A model generated the notes under the pieces. It ran no database searches, had not been told where the DNA came from, and worked only from the letters and a program-made list of their open reading frames with translations. Below, in pieces: positions 59,156 through 64,000 of a stretch of DNA of 64,000 nucleotides. Made by a program: the position numbers and the translations under genes. This DNA is from Candidatus Poribacteria bacterium (GTDB lineage: Bacteria; Poribacteria; WGA-4E; GCA-2687025): contig OY762492.1 in the NCBI GenBank assembly GCA_963665845.2, positions 2,976,001 through 3,040,000 on the forward strand, in the 5' to 3' direction. Positions within the stretch are counted from its first letter, which is position 1; every line of letters begins with the position of its first letter.

Positions 59156-62100
59156 TCAGGCGCGCCTTTTCACAAACTCGCGCAGATCAACCGTCATCAC
59201 ATGCAGCGCCGGTATCAAAAAAAGCGTCAACAGCGTTGACGCCGCCAAGCCGAAAATGATGACGCTCGCAATCGGTATCCAGATGGGCGACTTGCCGCCG
59301 ATGCCCATCGCCATCGGGGTCAGTCCGGCGATTGTCGTAACGGAGGTCAGCAGCACGGGGCGGAAACGCGCCTTCCCCGCGGCGAGCGCGGCGCGGAACT
59401 TGCCCATCCCCCTCTCCCCGCCTTTCTTGATGAAGTCCATCAGCACAATCGAGTCGTTCACCACAATGCCCGACAGCGCGACGACTCCAAACAGCGCCAC
59501 GATGCTCAGCGTCGCCTGTATCGCCAGCAATCCGAGCATCGCGCCGATGATGCCGAACGGCGCCGCAAACATGACGACAAACGGCTCAATAAACGATTTC
59601 AGCTGCGCCCCAAGGATCACATAGATAGCGAGAATGCCGACAATAAACAGCTGCCCAATCTGCCCGAACGACTCGTTGATCTGGTCAAAGACGCCGCGAA
59701 AATCGAGCGAGACGCCGGGATACAGCCCGCTGAATTCCGCAAACGAACTCTGCAGCGCCTTGTTGACCGCGACCGGGTCGTTCATTCCCTCCTCGATGGA
59801 GGCGGTGACGGCGATGGAGCGCTCGCCTTCAAAACGGCGTATCTCCGCCAGCCCCTGCGTCATGCGTATTTCGGCGACGTCTCTCAACGGCGACGCTCCG
59901 ATCATGATGTTGGCGAGGTCGTCGGGCGACTGGAGCGACTCGGGCGCGTATTTGACGACGATGTCGGGCGATTCGTCCGCGTCCCTGTAGGTTGTGGAGA
60001 CGACGCCGGCAAGCGCGGCGCGCGTCGTTTGCGCGATGATCGCCGCGTCTAAACCGAGCGCGCGCGCCTTTTCCTTGTTCACATCGATCTGCAGCTCATT
60101 TCGCCCGACAAGGTAATCGTCCGTCACCTCATAGACGCCGGGCATTTCGCGCAGGGCGTCTTGGAGACGTTTTGAGACGGCGCGCATCTGCTCAAAATCG
60201 CTTCCGATCACCTTTACATTGACATCTCTGCCGGAGGGCGGACCGCCGAGGGCTTTCTCGACCGACAGCGTTTCGATCTCCGCAATCGGCTCAATCTTCG
60301 CGCGCAGCTCCTCCACAATCTCATCTACCGAACGGCGCCGCTCATTCTTCGGCGTCAGCTCAACCGACACCTCCCCGACATTCGGACGCGCGGGCGGCGA
60401 GTCGAGATTCGACCGCGCCGACTGCAGCCCGACGCGGCTCGTCACCGCCAGCCGCTCCTCCTCGGACAGCTCCATCGCCATCGCCTCAATGACGGCAATC
60501 GTCTTGCCGGTTTGCTGAAGGCTGTACGATGTCGGCGTTTCGATCCGTATATTCACCTGCGGGAAATCTTCGCCCGGAAACAGCTCGCGCGGGAGTATGC
60601 TGAACGCCGTAACGGTCGCCGCCGCGCCGATTAGCAGCGTCAACCCCAAGGCGATGTACCGATGCCGTATGACGCGCGCCAAAAGCCGCGTATAACCGCG
60701 CCGCAGCGCGTCGAACCAGGGCTGACGACTGGGGCGCCCGCTGGCGTCCAGGCGCGGCGGCTTGCCCCATTCCGCCGCATGGGACGGCAATATGACAAAC
60801 ACCTCCAGCAGCGACGCGCCCAGAACGATGATGGCGACCGTCGGAACGATGCGCATGAACTGACCCGTCACCCCCGACAGGAGCATCAACGGCGCAAACG
60901 CGGCGATGGTCGTCAAACTGGCGGCAAGGACAGGCGACCCGATCTCTTCGGCGCCGCGTATCGCCGCTTCTTTCGGCGGCAGTCCCTCTTGGACATATCG
61001 AAAGATGTTTTCGATGACGACAATCGCGTCGTCCACCACAATGCCGACGACCAGTATCAGCCCGAACAGCGCGACCGCGTTGATCGTTCCGCCCGACCAG
61101 TAAAGAAACAGAAACGCCGCCATGAACGCGACCGGTATGCCTAAGCAAGCGAACAGCGCGTTGCGCCAGCCGAGCAGCGCATACAGCAGCAGCGCGACCA
61201 GAACCAGTCCAAAAAGCGCGTTGTTCTGCAGGATGCCGAGACGCTCTCTCAAGATGACGGAGGAGTCGTTGACAACGCTCATCTCCACATTTGGGGGCAG
61301 GTCTGCTTGTCGGCTGGCAGCGTATTCGCGTATCTGTTCAACGAGGCGGATCGTGTTGCCGTCGTTTGTTTTGAGTATGTCGAGGCTGACGGCGCGTTTG
61401 CCGTTGAGGCGGGACAATGTGCGCGGTTTTTCAAACGTGTCGGAAACGGTTGCCACATCGCCGACGCGCAGCGGCTCTCCCGACGGCATCGACCGAATCA
61501 CCGCGTTTTCAATGTCCTGTAACGACTGAAACTGCGCCAGCGAACGGACCGAATACTCAAGAGCGCCGACCTCCAGCGGACCCGCCGGAACGTTCAGGTT
61601 CTGACGGCGCAGCGCGAGCGAGACGTCCTGAAGCGACAGGCGGTACGCCGACAGCCGCTCTGGATCAACCGCGACCCAGATTTCGCGGTCGCGCAGCCCG
61701 GAGGTTCGGACGTCGGAGATCCCCTGTATTTTCATCAGATCCGCTTCGATCTCTTCGGCAAGCGCTATCATTTCCGATTCAGACGCGGCGCCGCCGACCA
61801 CGACCGTCGCGACCGCTTCAAAAGAGCTGTTGATCTCGATGATCTTCGGCGCGTCCAGAACCTCGTCGGGCAGGTCGTCGATATTGGCGACCGCGTCGCG
61901 CATGAGCCGCATTTCGCGGTCGAAGTCCCGGTCGCTCAACTCCTCAAACTGTATCGTGACGACCGACAAGCCTTCGGTCGAAAACGATGTCATCAGGTCG
62001 ATGTTGCTGACCTCTCCCTGTACCGCCTCTTCGATGGGTACCGTAACGAGCGATTCCACCTCTTCTGGAGAGGCGGACGGATAAACGGTTCGCACCTGCG

Positions 62101-62257
62101 CAATCTGGAAAGAGACGTCTGGGGTGAGTTCGCGGGGGAGCGTCAGATAGGCGTAGCTTCCTGCAATCACGATGGCGACCATGAGCAGGTTTGCGAAGAC
62201 AGGGTTTTCGACCGACAGGCGCGGTATCGACCATTTGCGGTTTGAGGTTGAGTTCAT
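59156..62257 (-). CDS. RND transporter permease (AcrB/AcrD/AcrF family)
   Basis: 1033 aa; GIVVDDAIVVIENI, SLTTIAAFAP, GIVVNDSIVL, RFRPVLLTSVTT. Confidence 0.93.
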   Translation of the reverse strand: MNSTSNRKWSIPRLSVENPVFANLLMVAIVIAGSYAYLTLPRELTPDVSFQIAQVRTVYPSASPEEVESLVTVPIEEAVQGEVSNIDLMTSFSTEGLSVVTIQFEELSDRDFDREMRLMRDAVANIDDLPDEVLDAPKIIEINSSFEAVATVVVGGAASESEMIALAEEIEADLMKIQGISDVRTSGLRDREIWVAVDPERLSAYRLSLQDVSLALRRQNLNVPAGPLEVGALEYSVRSLAQFQSLQDIENAVIRSMPSGEPLRVGDVATVSDTFEKPRTLSRLNGKRAVSLDILKTNDGNTIRLVEQIREYAASRQADLPPNVEMSVVNDSSVILRERLGILQNNALFGLVLVALLLYALLGWRNALFACLGIPVAFMAAFLFLYWSGGTINAVALFGLILVVGIVVDDAIVVIENIFRYVQEGLPPKEAAIRGAEEIGSPVLAASLTTIAAFAPLMLLSGVTGQFMRIVPTVAIIVLGASLLEVFVILPSHAAEWGKPPRLDASGRPSRQPWFDALRRGYTRLLARVIRHRYIALGLTLLIGAAATVTAFSILPRELFPGEDFPQVNIRIETPTSYSLQQTGKTIAVIEAMAMELSEEERLAVTSRVGLQSARSNLDSPPARPNVGEVSVELTPKNERRRSVDEIVEELRAKIEPIAEIETLSVEKALGGPPSGRDVNVKVIGSDFEQMRAVSKRLQDALREMPGVYEVTDDYLVGRNELQIDVNKEKARALGLDAAIIAQTTRAALAGVVSTTYRDADESPDIVVKYAPESLQSPDDLANIMIGASPLRDVAEIRMTQGLAEIRRFEGERSIAVTASIEEGMNDPVAVNKALQSSFAEFSGLYPGVSLDFRGVFDQINESFGQIGQLFIVGILAIYVILGAQLKSFIEPFVVMFAAPFGIIGAMLGLLAIQATLSIVALFGVVALSGIVVNDSIVLMDFIKKGGERGMGKFRAALAAGKARFRPVLLTSVTTIAGLTPMAMGIGGKSPIWIPIASVIIFGLAASTLLTLFLIPALHVMTVDLREFVKRRA

Positions 62258-62343
62258 AGGCTCCCGCTGCGGTTTGAACTTCGGCTGCGTTTTATTTCTT
62301 TAATGATAGCGGGCGCGCGTTGAATCTTCTCTAGGCTCCGCGT

Positions 62344-63141
62344 TTAGGCGGGCGGTTGATTCATTAGCCCGGCGTGCCAACCCGCCAAAAATCCGCCGTC
62401 GACCGGCAGCATCTGCCCTGTGATGTAACGCGCCGCGTCGGAGGCGAGAAAGACGGCTACATCGGCAAGATCCTCGCCCAAACCGGAGCGCCCCAGCGGC
62501 GTCTTGTCAAGCAGCGTCTCAAGCCATCCAGGGCGCTGAAACACCGCGCGGTTCAGGTCGGTTTCAAACCATCCGGGAGCGATCCCGTTGACCCGTATGC
62601 CGCTCGGTCCCCATTCAATCGCGAGCGACTTGACGAGCGCATGGACCCCCATTTTTGTCGCGCCGTAGGGTCCGATCGTCGGCGTTCCGATATAGGTTGT
62701 GAGCGACCCGATATGGATGATCGCGCCCGACCGGCGCGGAAGCATCAGTTTGCCCGCCTCTTGGCTGCAGAAAAAGGCGCCCTTCAGGTTCACATCCACG
62801 ATATGGTCCCAGTCCGCTTCGGCGTAGTCGACCGTCGGCATGCGCCGGTTGACGCCGGCGGCGTTCACCAGTATATCGAGCCGTCCGTCCGCGGCGTCCG
62901 CCGTTTGGCGAAACAGGCGGCGTATCGAGTCGACATCGGCGGCGTCGTAGGAGAAGCCGGCGGTTGGACGTCCGTATGCCTGCTGTATTTCGTCGGCGGT
63001 TTGGGCGATGCGTTCAGGGTCGCGGGCGGCGATGATCGCCGCGGCGCCGGCGCGCGCGAGTCCGACCGCCATCGCTTTGCCTAAGCCTCGGCTGCCGCCC
63101 GTGATGAGCGCGTTTTTTCCGGTTAGGTCGAAGGCGTCCAT
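62344..63141 (-). CDS. Short-chain dehydrogenase/reductase (gluconate 5-dehydrogenase/KduD-like)
   Basis: TGGSRGLG, LVNAAG, YGATK, NGIAPGWF.T, VDGG. Confidence 0.88.
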   Translation of the reverse strand: MDAFDLTGKNALITGGSRGLGKAMAVGLARAGAAAIIAARDPERIAQTADEIQQAYGRPTAGFSYDAADVDSIRRLFRQTADAADGRLDILVNAAGVNRRMPTVDYAEADWDHIVDVNLKGAFFCSQEAGKLMLPRRSGAIIHIGSLTTYIGTPTIGPYGATKMGVHALVKSLAIEWGPSGIRVNGIAPGWFETDLNRAVFQRPGWLETLLDKTPLGRSGLGEDLADVAVFLASDAARYITGQMLPVDGGFLAGWHAGLMNQPPA

Positions 63142-63194
63142 GAAGAGTCCTATCGAAACGGGTCAGAAAGGGCAAGACGAGACGCGGTAAAAAA

Positions 63195-63269
63195 TGGGGC
63201 CAGCGAGTGGATTTGAACCACCGACCTGCTGATTACGAATCAGCTGCTCTGCCCCTGAGCTACGCTGGC
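63195..63269 (-). tRNA. tRNA-Thr(CGT)
   Basis: GCCAGCGTAGCTCAG...CTGATT-CGT-AATCAG...GGTTCAAATCC...GGCCCCA; cloverleaf with CCA end. Confidence 0.95.
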
Positions 63270-63277
63270 GTCCTGAT

Positions 63278-63353
63278 TGGTGGCGGGAGGCAGAGTTGAA
63301 CTGCCGACGCAGGGATTTTCAGTCCCTCGCTCTACCACCTGAGCTACCCCGCC
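63278..63353 (-). tRNA. tRNA-Phe(GAA)
   Basis: GGCGGGGTAGCTCAG...AGGGACT-GAA-AATCCCT...GTTCAACT...CGCCACCA. Confidence 0.95.
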
Positions 63354-63386
63354 GCCCTGGTTGCTTGGGGGCGCAACCGCCTATTT

Positions 63387-63415
63387 AAGATAACCTGTTG
63401 AGACGCAGGCGTCAA
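63387..63415 (-). promoter_or_regulatory. Putative sigma70 promoter of the tRNA pair
   Basis: TTGACG-17 bp-TATCTT, followed by a GC-rich stretch. Confidence 0.5.
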
Positions 63416-63426
63416 GTAAAATCGAC

Positions 63427-63592
63427 TGACCTCATGCATAAAGTTGGGACATTTGAACTGACGATCGCTCTATTCATGGGAAAAAGGCTTCGCCAACCAG
63501 ACCGTCATTCCCGCGTAAGCGGGAATCTAGAGGCGCCGCAGACGACGCCCGCGTTCGCCCGCCGGCATGTCCCAACTTAAGACGTGAGGTCT
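63427..63592. mobile_element. 166-bp MITE-like element
   Basis: TGACCTCATGCATAAAGTTGGGACAT ... ATGTCCCAACTTAAGACGTGAGGTCT. Confidence 0.8.
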
Positions 63593-63666
63593 GGAGGAGG
63601 GCTTACGCCCGCGCGCCGTTTGCGGTATCATGCCCGTGGAACGCATATCATAAATGGAGCAGGCGG

Positions 63667-63999
63667 ATGGCGAACTTGAAAGTGTCGTATGTTGGAACGG
63701 GAGGCAACGCGCAGGGGCATCTGGGCAGGCTGTCGAAGATGGAGGGGGTGGAGATTGCCGCCTGCTGCGATATTATCGAAGAACGGGCGCAGGCGTCCGC
63801 CGAAAAATACGGCGGCAAAGCGTTCGTCGACTGGCGGCGCATGCTGGACAGCGTCGAGACGGACGCATGCTATTTTTCGCTCCCGCCCTTTGCGCATGAG
63901 GGCGCCGAAACGGAAGCCGCCTCGCGCGGCATTCACATCTTCGTTGAAAAACCTGTCTGCACGGACATGGAAACCGGGCTGGCGACGAAGGAGGCGCTG
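63667..63999 (+). CDS. Gfo/Idh/MocA oxidoreductase (partial, runs off the window)
   Basis: Not in the ORF track. MANLKVSYVGTGGNAQGHL...CCDI...DWRRML...LPPFAH...GIHIFVEKP; GGAG RBS. Confidence 0.88.
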   Translation, partial: MANLKVSYVGTGGNAQGHLGRLSKMEGVEIAACCDIIEERAQASAEKYGGKAFVDWRRMLDSVETDACYFSLPPFAHEGAETEAASRGIHIFVEKPVCTDMETGLATKEAL

Positions 64000-64000
64000 G

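Noticed and set aside
63195-63353. tRNA-anchored genomic island or prophage
   Set aside because: No integrase and no duplicated tRNA 3' end noticed in the window.

Overview
GC-rich bacterial chromosomal window. The gene styles point to Candidatus Poribacteria (inference): C-terminal 'SVDPxGK...W.xLK' tails, an NYPNPFNPETWIP tail, and WD40/TPR/LamG expansions. Housekeeping and metabolic genes include gyrA, xylA, a RimK-like ligase, a sulfatase, a LarA-like protein, minCDE, an RsbU/RsbW/STAS module, a MalK-like ATPase, holB, bioW, an RND pump, an SDR, tRNA-Thr and tRNA-Phe. These are mixed with secreted repeat proteins and dense modular intergenic repeats (dRS3/REP-like hairpins and a 166-bp MITE). 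Most notable: (1) a promoter-led cluster of two beta/gamma-crystallin-domain proteins and a 1384-aa flotillin/SPFH protein whose stalk is a strict 11/22/88-residue repeat, a candidate very long SPFH cage; (2) two tandem UxxC redoxin selenoproteins, split in the ORF track, each with an identical SECIS-like hairpin; (3) a C-terminal motif shared by three unrelated exported folds, a candidate sorting signal; (4) modular WD40-propeller/Ig arrays; (5) a ferredoxin-membrane-Hsp20-like fusion and a degenerate AccD-like protein. All family assignments come from motif recognition by eye; no searches were run.
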